From the human T2T-CHM13v2.0 reference genome, Homo sapiens: a stretch of DNA of 64,000 nt. The notes under the pieces were generated by a model, which saw nothing but the letters and a program-made list of their open reading frames with translations, was not told where the DNA came from and made no database searches. How positions within the stretch are numbered: position 1 is the first letter of the stretch; each line of letters starts with the position of its first letter. Of the stretch, positions 40,651 through 54,789 are shown in pieces. The stretch is taken from the NCBI RefSeq assembly GCF_009914755.1, contig NC_060928.1, one strand, 5' to 3'. The translations under genes and the position numbers were made by a program.

Positions 40651-42803
40651 GATTATAGTATTGTTAAGGTACCCTGAAGGTCTGATAAATGTTAAACAGG
40701 TGATTTCCTTCTGACAAAAGTCTCTACATAGTGAGAAGTTTCTGAATTTTTTCAGACATCATTTACTACCACACAAACCTCCAATTCACTTTTCCTTATA
40801 ACCTATTAAGTGAATTAATGTGTCTTCTAGTATTTTCTTTTGCCTATTTACCCCAAACTATCTTTTCTTACTAGCATTCATTTGTACATGATGGCCTAAT
40901 CTAGAATTCATGAGTTAAAAACTAAAATTATAATAATAAATTAAATGTCTTTAAAATCAGAAAAAAATAGGAAGAGGGCTTTGAGAGTTATTGTTTCCTG
41001 GGTTTTTAAGAGACAAACTACTAGGATCCACTTATATCAGAAGTGAAAATAAAATTCATTAAGCTTGCACATCACATCATAAAGTGAGCACTGTTTTTTT
41101 CCCACTTACATTGAGCTTTTAATTTTTCTTTTACTTAGAAAAATAAAAATATTTCTGTTTTACGTGAAATTTTTAAGTGATGAAGAACCACTTATTTTTC
41201 AGGTTATAACTGGTAAATATGAAATTATTTTAGCTGATAAATTTTAATAGCTAAAATTATTTTGAAATTAGAGAATTAGTAGTTAAGTTTTCAGTCATGA
41301 AGGACAATATTCTATCAACAAACATAGATATATCTAAAGCAATATTAAAATGTATATGAGTTGTTTAAAACATCCAATGAATTACTTCTCAAAGCAGGAG
41401 TCATACTTTCTAACAGTATTGAAATAATCTGTCACAAATATATACTGATATTTTAAGAAGTGTCACATTATACCAGTGCTAATTTTCAAATCAGTCAGCA
41501 CGTGCCCATTATTGAACTCAACTGGGAGTCACAAAGAATACAGTCCTACAACTGTTCATAATAGAATTGCAAGAGCTGAGACAAATGAAGAATGAAATTT
41601 GTTCAACAAGAACTCTTTCAAGAAAAAAATTCTTTCCACTTGATTTTATAAAATAAATCTTCTAAAAACCCTTGATTATTCTTTAATTACATCAGCAATC
41701 TAGGAGACCTGTGTCTAAATGGAAGAAAGGCCTTGGACTTCCCCAGGCATCCAATATCTCGATCTCTGCATCAGAACATGAAGAAATGGATGAGGGTTAT
41801 AGTACATTATGCCAGAGTCAATGCCATTTGGCTCTTTCAGTTTCAGAAAATAAATTATATTTATTTTTTCAACTTAATTGCTAATAGGGAGGATACAATT
41901 ATAAATACTTTCAATTATATATGACATGCAATTTTATAAGTACTTATTTTTATTCTAATATAATAATTATACAACTCCAAAACCTGGGTGATTGAATATG
42001 CTAAAACAAACAAACAAAAACAACCAACAAACTAGTCTGCCAACACCAGTATATTCTATTTTTTTGTTCTTTGGGAAGTACTAAAAAAATTATTCTCTAG
42101 TTCCACAAAGAAGTCTAACTAGCGCTACAGTAAAGACTCATAAATTCTTTGGGCAATGACATCTGGAAACGTTCCAGAAAAAACCTTAACTAATATGCAA
42201 TCCATATGGCACGTTCCTGGAAGCAAACCTTCAGAGAGAATCAGAATATAGTCCAGCTGCTCTTTAACAGAACATGCAATGAATCTTCTGCAAACTCAAT
42301 TGCTATACCTGTGCTTGAGAGACAGTTTTATTCAGCTTGATATCTATTAGTATGTAATAACTTTCTTTTCTCTTTTTATTTTTAGGTATACCCTAATCAT
42401 GGTATTTTAACTCTTGCTTTTCTTTAGTTTTAAATATTTGTGGGTACCTAGTAGGTGCATATATTTGGTATTTTAACTTTTAACTTCATCTTTTAATCTG
42501 CTAAATTTTAGCCTCTATTTCCCCATTAGAACCAAACGTGACTTCTTTCCATTAACCACAATAGGGAGAAAATAATTGAAAGAATGAGATGGTTGAGGCA
42601 TGTTTTGTTTGTTTTTTAAAATTGTTTCCATCTTCTAAAACCTTGAGAGATGGATAGATAGATATTTAGATATACTTAGAGATATTAATAATATAATAGC
42701 TACATATACTATTTATTATATAAGTAATGCCTATTACTTATATAAATGTGGTACCAATTTCTTATATGAAAGTAATGCTTATTACTTATCTAATATGCTT
42801 ATT

Positions 42804-43594
42804 TAATAGACATTTCCTAAATTCCTTTTATGGATTAATTCAACCAATTTTGAGGCTATATCTGTTATACCCAATCTACATATAATGAAACTGAAGCTCT
42901 AGAGGTTATGTAATCTGTTCAAATTCACTCAAATAATAAATAATGAAACACAGACACAATACTATGCACAGGCTATCTGAAAAGTGACTCTTCTAGTTAA
43001 TTGAAGAGCCCCTAGAATGGAGGACAATACATTTATCCCATAGTGTGTTCTGAAGACAAGAAATATGGAAGAGAAATACACACACACACACACCCATATC
43101 ACTGAGGAAAAAACAAACAAATCACATTTATACAGTTTGCTTGACATAAATAATTGTCCATCATATAAACATATAAAGTTGTGTCATATGAAACCTTTGA
43201 CCTAAAGTCTGACAGGACAATAACTGCTTAAAATAAAATCCAAGAGTGATATCTTACGAGGTTTTGCTAGTCACCAATTAAAAAAATAATTTATATTAGC
43301 TATTATCCATGGTTACTATAAATAACATTTTTCTTTGTAATTAAAATAACTTATTGAGTACTTCTATAATAGGCATTTTCTAAATTCCTTGCATGGATTA
43401 ACTCATTCAATTTTGAGGCTAATTCTTTTATGCCCAATCTACAGATAATGAAACTGAAGCTCCAACGGTTATGTAATCTGTTCAAATTCACCCAAATAAT
43501 AAATAATGAAATACAGACACAATACTATGAATGGGCTATCTGAAAGGAGAACAACACAGTAAGCCCATTGTGTATTTTAAAGATAAGAAATATG
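42804..43594. repeat. Local direct duplication of a MIR-derived segment (copies 42804-43067 and 43367-43594)
   Basis: Two ~230-260-bp copies 563 bp apart that share long identical blocks (ggttatgtaatctgttcaaattcac, caaataataaataatgaaa, cagacacaatactatg). The core resembles MIR (acagataatgaaactgaagctc). Confidence 0.9.
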
Positions 43595-43939
43595 CTAGGG
43601 ATATTTTAGAGAACATACTTACTGTAAGTCAAGCCCCTAGAGTTAATCTCGACAGTTTCAGACATTTTTGACAATAAAAGAATATCTAGACATTTTCTTC
43701 TGGGATACATAAGTGTCACTCATTACTATAGAAAATCTATGATTTCTAGTAGGAGCTGCAAAGCAGCGGCTGTAGTGCACTGCTTCTGGAACTGATCTCA
43801 GTGAAAAGAAGTAAAGATCAAGCAGTTTCCAACTAAAGTGAGATTCACTTGTAAATGTTTAAGAAGATAAGACATATTGAATAAGTGTGTAGAAAGATGG
43901 ACTTTATGTGCACAATAAATACCATCATATCAAGCCATA

Positions 43940-45915
43940 TTATGCTGGTATATAGGAAAGAAATTGACTGTTGCATAATAACTTTGTATCCTGTGACCTT
44001 TCTATTTCACTTATTAGTTCCAGAAGGTTTTTTATTTGTTGTTATTGATTCTTTGGAATTTAATATACAGGTAATGTTGGTATCAGAGAACAAGGACACT
44101 TTTATTTTTTCCTCCCCAATCTGTATATTTTTCCTTTACTTTTTTCTTTATTTTTCCTTCTTTACCACAATGATGTACTATAGTACATTAATTGACTTTC
44201 AGATTTTGATGATTTCTCCATCTGTTTTTGTGAGTAATATTGGTCTGAAGAATTTATTTCTTATAATGTCTGTACATGGTTTAGGTATTAGAGTAATGTG
44301 GTCCTCATAAAATTGGCTAGGAAGTGTTCCCTCTGCTTCTATTTTCCTGGATAGATTTTATAAAACTGGTATTATTTTTTCTTCATATATTTGATAAGAT
44401 TCACCAGTGAAATCATCTGGATCTGGTAATTTTTTTTGTTGGAAGGTTACTAATTATTGATTCAATTTTTATAGTCCTATTAAGATTGTAAGTTTCTCCT
44501 TCTGTAAATATTGGCATTTTGTGTCTTTTGAAAAATGTGTCCATTTTTTAAGCTATCAAATTTGTGGACATAGAGTTACTTACAATATTTCTTCATCATC
44601 CCTTTGAAGTCCATGGGATTAGCAGTAATGACCCTACTTTTATTCCTGTTACAGATAATTTTCTTCTTCTCTATTTTCTTCTTGGTTAGGGTGGCTAAAG
44701 GTTTATTAATTTTATTTATCTTTTCAAAATACCAGCTTTTGGGTTTGTTCATTTTCTATAGCATTTTTATGTTTTCAATTTTCCTGATTTCTGCTCTAAT
44801 GATTATAATTTATTTTATTCTGTTTGCTTTCATAGTAAACTACTCTTTTTTCTCTAGTGTTTTAAGGTGGAAACAGATTATAGATATTAAACCTTTCTTC
44901 TTTTCCAATATATAAATATAATGTTATAATTTTTCTTCTAAGCAGTGCTTTTGCTGTTTTCTACAAATTTCAATAAACTGTATTTTCCTTTTAATCTATT
45001 TTGAATAATTTTTATATGTCTCTTAAGGCTCATTTTTGACCCATTCTTTAGTAGTGTTGATTAATATCCAAATATTTGGTGTTCTTCCTTTTTCTGTTAT
45101 TGATTTCTAGTTTGATTTAACCTGCTCTGGGAATATACTTTGCATGATTTCTGCTTTTTTGAGTTTTCTCATTTTTATGATCTAGAAAATAGTCTCTCTT
45201 GGTACATGCCCCATATGAGGCTGAAAGCATGCATATATTGCTACTGTGAGTGATGTGTTCCATTAATGTCTTTAACTGGTCTTTAGTCTTTGTCCCTATG
45301 CTGTGGCCTTCACAGGTAATTCTCAGCTTCTCTTTCTTATGTGAGATTGGAAGGTTAGAGGGGCTTTGGAGTTTGTTAATTTTTATTTCCTCACATCTAA
45401 TCAAATATTGATAAGATCTTTTCCCTTACTGAGTAAGCCTTTGTTTTGGAGAACACTCTGGGTGTATTTCAAAAGGATTAGCTTTCCCTTCATCTTGCCA
45501 TTAAATACCATGGTATTTTCTTGGCTCTTTACCATGAGAATCTAGTGGGCTTCTTAAAAGTAGACCCACTAGAATGTGGGAGACCATTCTCATAAGACTG
45601 CAGCCTCAGGAGTTTCCCACTTTCAGGCTAGTCTACACTCAGCTTCCAGAAATTTGTAATAATTACCATTTAGGTATTCCTACCAGTAAATAGCTGATAA
45701 GGCATTTCTTCTAGGCATGCAGGTATTGGCTGTGATTCTCTGTATTTGCATCTTTCCAGATTTTAGGGCAGCATTTTACCCTGCAAACTCAATTTTATGA
45801 TGAATCCAAAAAGATCCCATAATTTTCAGTTTGTTCCTTTTTTTTACTTATTAGAGGTGCAGGAATATTGACTTACAAGTTTTTTAAAGAAGCTGGAGCT
45901 GCAGTCTAGAAGCAG
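43940..45915 (-). mobile_element. Old L1M (L1MC/L1MD-like): ORF2 piece joined to a 5'UTR piece
   Basis: Antisense ORF2 blocks (actttgtatcctg, ggaagtgttccctctgcttctattttc, tcaccagtgaaatcatctgg) to about 45280, then L1M 5'-end-like sequence. Confidence 0.7.
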
Positions 45916-46257
45916 AATTGCTTCTTGTCCTAGGAAACTTCAATTTTGCTAATAATTCAGAAGCTACATCTGCTTTCATTAAATCAACAATATTATATTA
46001 ATCTTACTTAACAAAGAGTTACATAAAGATCATTCTGATTTTAGGGCTTATAGTTTTATGACCTTAAAACATCTAGCAGATGCAACTATGATTCTGTCTA
46101 ACCAGTAAACCCAGAAAAAAATATATGCTGACATTTCTAAAGGCATTTTTATTTTTATTGTATCAAAAAAATTAAAACCAGCTTATTTATCAAAGATTTA
46201 TCTCAGTTATATGAACTAAAAGACATTTGTGTTCATTACTATACATTTTAACTTCTT

Positions 46258-46760
<503 letters not shown>

Positions 46761-47851
46761 CATTTTACCAATTCTTATGAGAATTCATTTATTGAAGCCA
46801 ACTTGGATAGAATTCCATAAGCAATTTGTGGTCTACTATGCCAGCTTCTACCATGTAGACACAACGTATAACATAATACATGTACATCTGCATAAATACA
46901 CCTAAACACATATACATACACAAAACAAAGATCTTATCACTTTGATTTTATAGTTTTAGTGATCAAAGAATAATAACATAATTTTACCAGTTTATAAGTA
47001 ATATTTGAATCTAAATTATATTTTTGAAAACTAGGACATGTTCACATGGCTAAAATTTATTTGCCCCAAAAGGTAATCTTATACAGGCTGTAGAACAATT
47101 TTCTGGATAGATGTTTTGTATAGCAGTTTGATTTAAAAAAAAAAACAATTTTTATCTTTTTTTTCAGTATCAAATAATTTTAGGGTTACATTTTTAAATG
47201 TTTACATTTTAGTTAGAACTGACTGAATTGTATAAGCAAAACAAAATGTCCAAGCACCCTTGAATTTCAGCAATAAATCTATTCCTTGTTTGCTGATTTG
47301 GTTTCCCTGACATGGGAAGCATTTTTTTTAAAACTGATTTTTTCTGGCTTTTTCTGGCACATGTTTCCTAAAAAAAGCATTTTCTTATTCTGGAAGGAAT
47401 ATTTTATATTATTGCTCTGAGCTCAAGATTTTGACTTGTTTGTTCTGAGAGCTTAACTGTAAAAAACATTTATCTGATTCTCTTTTTTTAAGATTACCAA
47501 TCTTTTGCTTAACTGTTCTATCATCCTAAGTGATAGCCAGACAAATCTAACTTTACATTTCCCAGAGGGATCACTCTTATGTGTACAAGGATAGGTTGTT
47601 TGTTGCCATGGAACTGCTATAATTTGAAAGCCCTTTTTTCTCCTTATCTTGGATGAACTGCCCTAAGGGGGAGGGAAAACATTTCTAAGTGTCTTTTGAA
47701 ATTAGCAACAATAGATCATCTTAATATAAGAAAAACATTACCATATTTAGAAGAAGCAATTTTTTTTTAAAAAAAGAGACTAGAAGCTTCTATATGTCGA
47801 TGTTTGTCAAACTCAAAGGTTATTTCCCCTTTTCAAGATAAAAAGATTCCG

Positions 47852-47883
47852 CCATGGTGTGTGTGTGTGTATATATATCCCAT

Positions 47884-47928
<45 letters not shown>

Positions 47929-47935
47929 ATATATG
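47852..47935. repeat. Compound (TG)n microsatellite with a duplicated ccatgg(tg)n unit
   Basis: ccatggtgtgtg...tatatatc followed by ccatggtgtgtg... Confidence 0.9.
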
Positions 47936-48129
47936 AAAGTGAAAGGAGGCAAAAGTGAAAATTTAAAAGGAGTGGATATCTTGGAGAGGGCCAAGGTAGA
48001 AAGAAATAGATCATCATCATCATCAAGTTTGGTCTTCAGGTAGAGGTAGAGAATGTTGAGAGAAGATTGTACCATCATCTTCCTTTTGCAAAACACTTTT
48101 TTCCAGTGACATGCTTTTTTTGTGTGTTA

Positions 48130-48174
48130 GTTTGTTTTGTTTTGTTTTGTTTTGTTTTGTTTTGTTTTGTTTTA
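48130..48174. repeat. (TTTTG)n microsatellite
   Basis: About 8 units. Confidence 0.9.
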
Positions 48175-49327
48175 CAATATTGACAGAGACCAGGGAATCT
48201 TCGTTTGGTGATTTATCTGGGAGCTTACATCTACTACAATTGAAGCTTAAGAATTTTAATAATTTTCTTTTTTTTAGTGTTTTCAAGGGTGGAGGCAAGT
48301 TGTTTTGCTAAATTAATTAGATTAGGAGTGGGCATGGTTTTCCGTTCTGTGTGAGCTCTTTTAAAAGCTGGGAAAATTTTGACAGAAGGCTATTCACAAA
48401 CATGGAATTAAAAGCTACTCTAGTGGGATCAACTTTTATAGGTCATCTGGCATTAGCTGGGGAAGTTTTAAGAGACACAAGTTTGGAGCATTTGAATGAT
48501 TTATTTAGCGGACATAAATTATCATTGATGTAATTTGTCCATTTATTTAAAATGTACATGAGAATGGACCATAAATTTTGAATGTATAGTCTGCTAGAAT
48601 CCCAGAAAGCTTACCATATCTTAATATGCAAGTATTTTATTCCATTTCTTATTAATCTTTTGAGAGCAAAGAAAATCTTTGAAATCTAATCAGGGAAGGT
48701 CAACGGTTTGGACTGATGTTTTAAATGATAGAGACCACCCTATTGTCTTTTCGTTGGCCATCTCATCCTCACTATTTAGAATGTCTTTTTTGCCCTCAGA
48801 AAATGTTCAAAAACAAAAAAGGAAAATCCAAATTATTTACAAACATACGTAATCAAGTTGTAATGAAAGCAAAATCAGAGTACTCACAAAAATTTGAAGC
48901 CAGGCATTCAGATCAAACAAATGTTAAACCAGATACATAAAACCAAAAGTGAATTCACCAGAAAACATATGGTCCTCACAGTCAGAATGTAAACTCTGTA
49001 GGAACAAGAGTATTCTCTAAAAGAACTATGTCTTTATATTAAAAAGGGCTTGTCCAAAAAAAAAAAAAGACATTGCTAATCCCAAGAAGAATGCAAAGTC
49101 CTTTACATAAGTTAGACTTATTACAAAATCAGATTCTAAATAAAGTGAAAAAGAACTCACTAAAGGGAGGAAGCCTGAGAATCTGAGGGGAGATTCACCC
49201 AGACAGAAAACGTGACTCAGGGAAGAAAAGAACACAAAGAGCTCAGTCCGTACCATAGTCGATTCCAGGGCCTGCAGATCCATCTGAGGTGAGCTCCCTT
49301 TGGTCCCAATTCTGAGACACCAATTTA

Positions 49328-49598
49328 TGTCGACTCAAATAACGGACATAGGTAGGCTCTCTAAAATAAAATAATATTTATTCAATAATAGGCATTGAAG
49401 TTGAAATATACATGTCTTAATAAGCTGTGCATATTCAGGGAGGTAAAGAAAGACAAAAAGTCTTAAAGGAAAAATTAGGAGAATTACATATTTCTTTTGA
49501 GATCATTTTTTCTTGATTACAAGGATCAGTAAAAAGGATGGCACAGTCCAAATCTGGACAGGCAGTTGCTGGGCAGATGGCCTTGAAGAAGTATTTTT

Positions 49599-49645
<47 letters not shown>

Positions 49646-49812
49646 GGTTGTGATGGTCTTTGTGCAAGGTAGCTGTTTTTGCAGAGTCTTTTGTGATAAG
49701 TTTTGTTATCAGGCATTCATGCATGAGAATCCTCCCCATATGGCCTTCCCTGGCCCTGTTTGTCAACGGTTTTAACACAGATGACTTTATTTTGATTCTG
49801 ACAACTTTCCCA
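49328..49812 (-). mobile_element. ERV1 MER4-group 5' LTR (MER67-like) containing a (TG)n expansion at 49601-49643
   Basis: Minus strand begins gaaagttgtcagaatcaaaat and ends gttatttgagtcgaca, with an AATAAA. Followed by the PBS-like sequence. Confidence 0.75.
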
Positions 49813-50060
49813 TCATTGCTATCTTTGTACAAAAAGAAATGTACCTCCTTTCTTACTTTCTCAACTCTTAATTCTAACACTGTACATGAAAAACATACTG
49901 CTATTGACTACATATAAAATTATAATATTTTATTGCTATTCATTAGCCATTTTGAAGGCAGTAGAAAAGTGAAAATAAACACTGATCTTGATAGGGAAAG
50001 AGAATATAGTTTAGAAACCATCATTCTACCCAGTAGTTATTGTAAGTAATATTTGGGTGG

Positions 50061-50588
50061 TGTGTTAGATTTATATTGTTCCTATAATAAATTGCCACAA
50101 ATTTAGTGGTTTAAAATAACACAGGTTTATTATGTTATAGTTCTAGAGGTGGAAAGTACTAAAGTCAAGGTGTTGGCTATGCCCTTCTGCAGGTATAAGC
50201 GGGGAGGGTCCATTCCCTTGTAAACACAAGAGTCTGCCCACATTCCTTGGCTCCTCATCCTTTCCTCCATCTTCAACTCCAGCAGGGGAAATACATTTAC
50301 TTCACTTTCACTTCTGCTTTCATGGTTACCTTTTCTTCTCTGACTCTGCTTCCATCATGGCAATATCTTCTCTCTCTTTCTGACCTTTCTGCCTTCTTCT
50401 AACTCTCTAATGTAATCCCTGTTAGAGTACATTAGAATCTGGATAATTCAACATAATTTCCTCATCACAAGATCTTTAATTTAAGCACATCTGTAAAGCC
50501 CCATTTGCCATATAAAATAACATACTAATAGGCTCTGGAGATCAGAATATAGACATCTTTGAGAGGCTGTTATTCAGCCTAACCCACA
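50061..50588 (-). mobile_element. MLT1D/E-type MaLR LTR
   Basis: ccacaaatttagtggtttaaaataacac...cacattccttggctc...cacatctgtaaagcccc...ttattcagccta. Confidence 0.8.
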
Positions 50589-51351
50589 TGGTATTGATAT
50601 AGCTACCTACATGGACACACACATAAACACACATTTCAGCATAAATTTGGGGATTTTGACATTTCCTTCTCATTGATCCCAAATACAAATTGTTTCTTTC
50701 CTTGACTGGCTGGAATTTCTGTTTAAATTTCTGAATCAAGGCATTAGAGGAGTTTCTAGCTTCACTGCAGCAGATCATAAGATAAAGATCTTGAGTTTTC
50801 AGTTGAAAGTAAGTCTAAAATTCAGTAATAATGAGATATGGCTGTGGAAAAATATGTTTAAAGAATTTTAAGCTGCAATAATAAAATTATGTCATCTAGT
50901 ACAGCTGGGATGATATGCAGACTGTCCAGAAAACCCTATATACTAGCTACATGTACTATACCCATATATATTTATTCCAGCAGCTTCAAATAGCCCTGTT
51001 CCTAGCTAGACCTAATCAAGAAGACAATAAAAGATTTGGCAAAATTGTTTGAAGTTCTTGAGGCTGTTGACAGAGAGAATAAATAATTCATTTAGAAAGT
51101 AGGATTAGAAAGACATTTCTTTTCACAGTATTTTAAAAATTAGAAGGATTCAAAGGAGGTATCTTGCAAGGAAAAAGGGCTTTTTTTTTTTTACATTGTT
51201 GTAACTTTCAGTATCAAAGTCAAAACTCAAATACTGACTTTCTCATTCTAAGTCCTGTCTTCTGTGCATAACATCACAATGGTCTATAATGGTTTATGAA
51301 ATATTACTGAGAGAATCAAATATGCAAAAGCCCATAGCAGAACCTGAGGAA

Positions 51352-51575
51352 CAATGTTGTGGCCTGTGTAAATGCATGGAATCTGGAGCCGGACTACCCC
51401 AGAACAAATACTAATTTGTACTGTACTACTTGTAATACAAGTACTAATTATTAGCAGGTTTCTTATTTGTAAAATGCTGTTAATTTTGTCTAATTCACAG
51501 GGTTTTTTTTACCTATGAGAAATAAAAAAAGTTTATATATTTAAAATATTTTGCAATGGGTAAGAGCTCTTTCAG
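51352..51575 (+). mobile_element. MIR remnant
   Basis: tctggagccggact...gtttcttatttgtaaaatg...tcacagggtt, a MIR core-like pattern. Confidence 0.5.
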
Positions 51576-53432
51576 TATTAATTAATGCAATAATGAAAAT
51601 TATTCTCTGGCACAAGAGAAGAACTCAGTAATTTTAGTTTCTATTTTCAACATGAAAATGTTACTATGGAAATAAATTAACATATATTCTAACATTACAA
51701 CAGAATTTCTAGAAATCCAGAGAGTGGAAAAAATAAATTTGAATAAGATATCATCTTGGGTCTTTTTTATAATGTGAAATTTTCCTATTCACTTTTCAAG
51801 ACAGAGCTCAATAGAAGTCAGTTCTCAAATCAGATATTTTCTTAACTTTTTATATAATCCTCAATTCCGGGTTCATCTAAATTAGGTCTTAAATAAAAAC
51901 ATTTTCATTTTAATGTTAATAGGGATATTAATGCTAGCATATGTCAAAGGAGGAGAGAAATGGTGGCTGTAATTGTGTATTTTGTGTGCCTTCTCATAAC
52001 AGATTCCTTTGTATATAGCAAATGAGTAGAAATATCTTTTAAAATCTTAATTGGTAGTTGTCTGAATAGTGCCAGAATAAAGAAAGAATTTTACCAAAAT
52101 TTTCCATTTTGCTCATTATTGTTTGCAGGGGGAATAATGGTATTTTGGTGACTATCAGTTCCCCATATTTGCCTTATTCACAGGTACTACAGTCCCAGTA
52201 ATATAACCCAATTAATATATTTGACTCATAACCTCAATCAGGCTAAAGTGCTATAAAAGATACATAATTTGATTAAAGTACACATATAAATTTCAAATTT
52301 GTTTCTAAAATTTTAATCTGTTAAGACATAACATAAAAAATGTGGGTGCACTATACATATATCACTCCCGTATTATTATCTTCTGCATATTCACATCTTT
52401 GAATTGAATACACTATAATGAATCTTGGCTTCATCTAAGCTACTAATGTATTTCTCTCAAAAATACCAGACAATAATTAGACTGGGAGAATGAAATACAT
52501 TCATTCATTGTAAGCTAGCACTAAATATGCATTTCAATTTGGTGCTTTGAAATTTATACATTTTTTACATTGGTTTAAGTATCTCAAGTTAATGTTCCTG
52601 TATTTTAAAATGGCTTTTTTTTTGGTCAGAAAGATTTCTCTTCACTTTTTTCTTCATGGCTAATCAGGATAAATTGGATTAAAATGATCTATTTAAAAGT
52701 TTAACACTGATCTTGTACTGCTTAAGGAGGATCTTCAATTGATTAATAGATTTCATGTCAAGATATATTTACTGGCTTTGTGTAATAATAGAAGTGGTAG
52801 AAGGAAGGTGAAATTAAAACTTCACTAATACTATCATTATTCAAACGATTTATCTTCCACAAATTCTATCATAACTTACTTCCAATCCCTAAATTGTTTA
52901 ATGTTATGAGTACATAGTGATGCCAGTAGTGTCAGTTAGATTCCATTTTTTCCAGAGTCATTCTATATTGTGCTTCACCTAGTTCCTTCTTTTAAAAACC
53001 AACCTATTGAAATAAATGAACAAATCCATCTTTCCTCTGGCTTCATGTTTGTTTCAGATAATGGGAAGACCCAGTGAGAGAACAAAGGAGTCAGTGATTT
53101 TTGTAACAAGGTTAAGCGTGCTAGATTGAGTTAATACATATAAAATTCTCACTCACTGGATCATTGACTAGGAAGGTTGATTCTTAGTCCTGAGATAAGG
53201 AAGGTATTCAAAGAAGATGCTTTGGGACGTAATATAGGTGGCCAGGGTCACAAATATATCAAAAACAAAAACCGGTGCAACAAAGGGACAAGAGTGGGGT
53301 GCTGTTTTGGAGGACAGTGCTGTTAGATTATTAAAGATCATATTAGGCTTCTTCAAAATTTGGTGTGTGACTGATGTGTAGATTTTTGGCTTTCCATTGC
53401 AAAATTATTATTGGAATAAGTAGCAATCTTAT

Positions 53433-53818
53433 TGCTGTAAATTGAATGTGTCCTCCCCTGACCCACAAATCCATATGTTGAAGTTCTAATCAGTGATGTA
53501 ACTAGATTTGGAGATGGGGCCTTCAAGAAGGAGGCAGTTAAGGCTACATGAGGTCATAAGGTGGGATATGGATAAGATAGAATTATTGTATCTACAAGAA
53601 GGGACTTCAGAGTGTTATCTCTTTCTCTGTCCATGAAGACAGAGCAAGAAGGCAACTGTTTGCAAGTCAGAAAGACAGATTTCATCAGAATTTCCACCAT
53701 GCTGGCACCCTGATCTTTGATTTCCAGCCTCCGGAACTATTAGAAAATAAATTTCTCTTTAAGCCACCTACTTTATAGTATTTTGTCATGTGAATTATGT
53801 ATTAGCCTGACTAATACA
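53433..53818 (+). mobile_element. MLT1A-type MaLR LTR
   Basis: tg...aaatccatatgttgaag...ccatgctggcaccctgatctttgatttccagcctccggaact...gactaataca. Confidence 0.85.
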
Positions 53819-54789
53819 CCTGTATTGTATCAACTGTATTCTATTCCTTAATTTTAAACCATGATTCGCTTCAAATACTATGGTGTCAAAATAAAATTTG
53901 ATTGTATATCTAATGACTTATATATAAATTAATTTTGACATTTAAAACAATATAAAGGAAAGCTTTCTGTAAAAGAAGTTGATTCTCACAGGTTTTGCTT
54001 GATTTTTTGTTGATGCTGTGGAGAGACAAGCTCTTGGAGCTATCTACTCTGCCATTTTCACTAATGTCTTTGTTCTTTTTTAGATGCCCTAGTTATTCTT
54101 CAATTACTCTTGCAAGGAAACTATTTGGAATCAGAAGCAACACAAGTTAACATGTTTTTCACAACCATAAATGTAGTTTACATTTTTAGAATCTATATTT
54201 ATTGAAATAGTGCCAGTAGCCCATTATTTTGACATTGTATTAGGAACCATACCCGTAATAAGAGAATCAGGAAACAAATGAGAAACTACGTTGCTCATAG
54301 CACTTTGATTGTGAGAAAGCTAATCCCTTTGTGAGTTCTGCTATGAATGAGATAACAGAGCAATAGCCTGTGGTAAGCATAAACATAAAGGAAATTAACC
54401 TTGTTAGTCCAATAACAGATAGACCATTGAAAAGGTATTCCTCTGATTAATCTACTATGGTTTTCTTATAGGAAGCATTTATAATTAAATAAATGGGTTT
54501 TTCCTTTTCTCTGTAAATTATCATTGCTTTTCAAGCAATTCCCCTTTAAGGGTACTTTATATGAGTATCGTTTTAATGTGGTATTGACATTTTGCTGTGA
54601 TTATCTATCTTGTCCTATTATTTTCCAATTCCCATTATTAAGACCTTGATGATTATAATGAGGATGATGATTAATTTTTTTATCAAAGCATTAGAGTAAA
54701 AAAACTGTCACTTCATTTTTGTCCCAAATTCTAAAATTGTCTGTAGTCTTCTTAGAAATTTCCTGAAAAAGGCAACTGTCTAATCTTAT

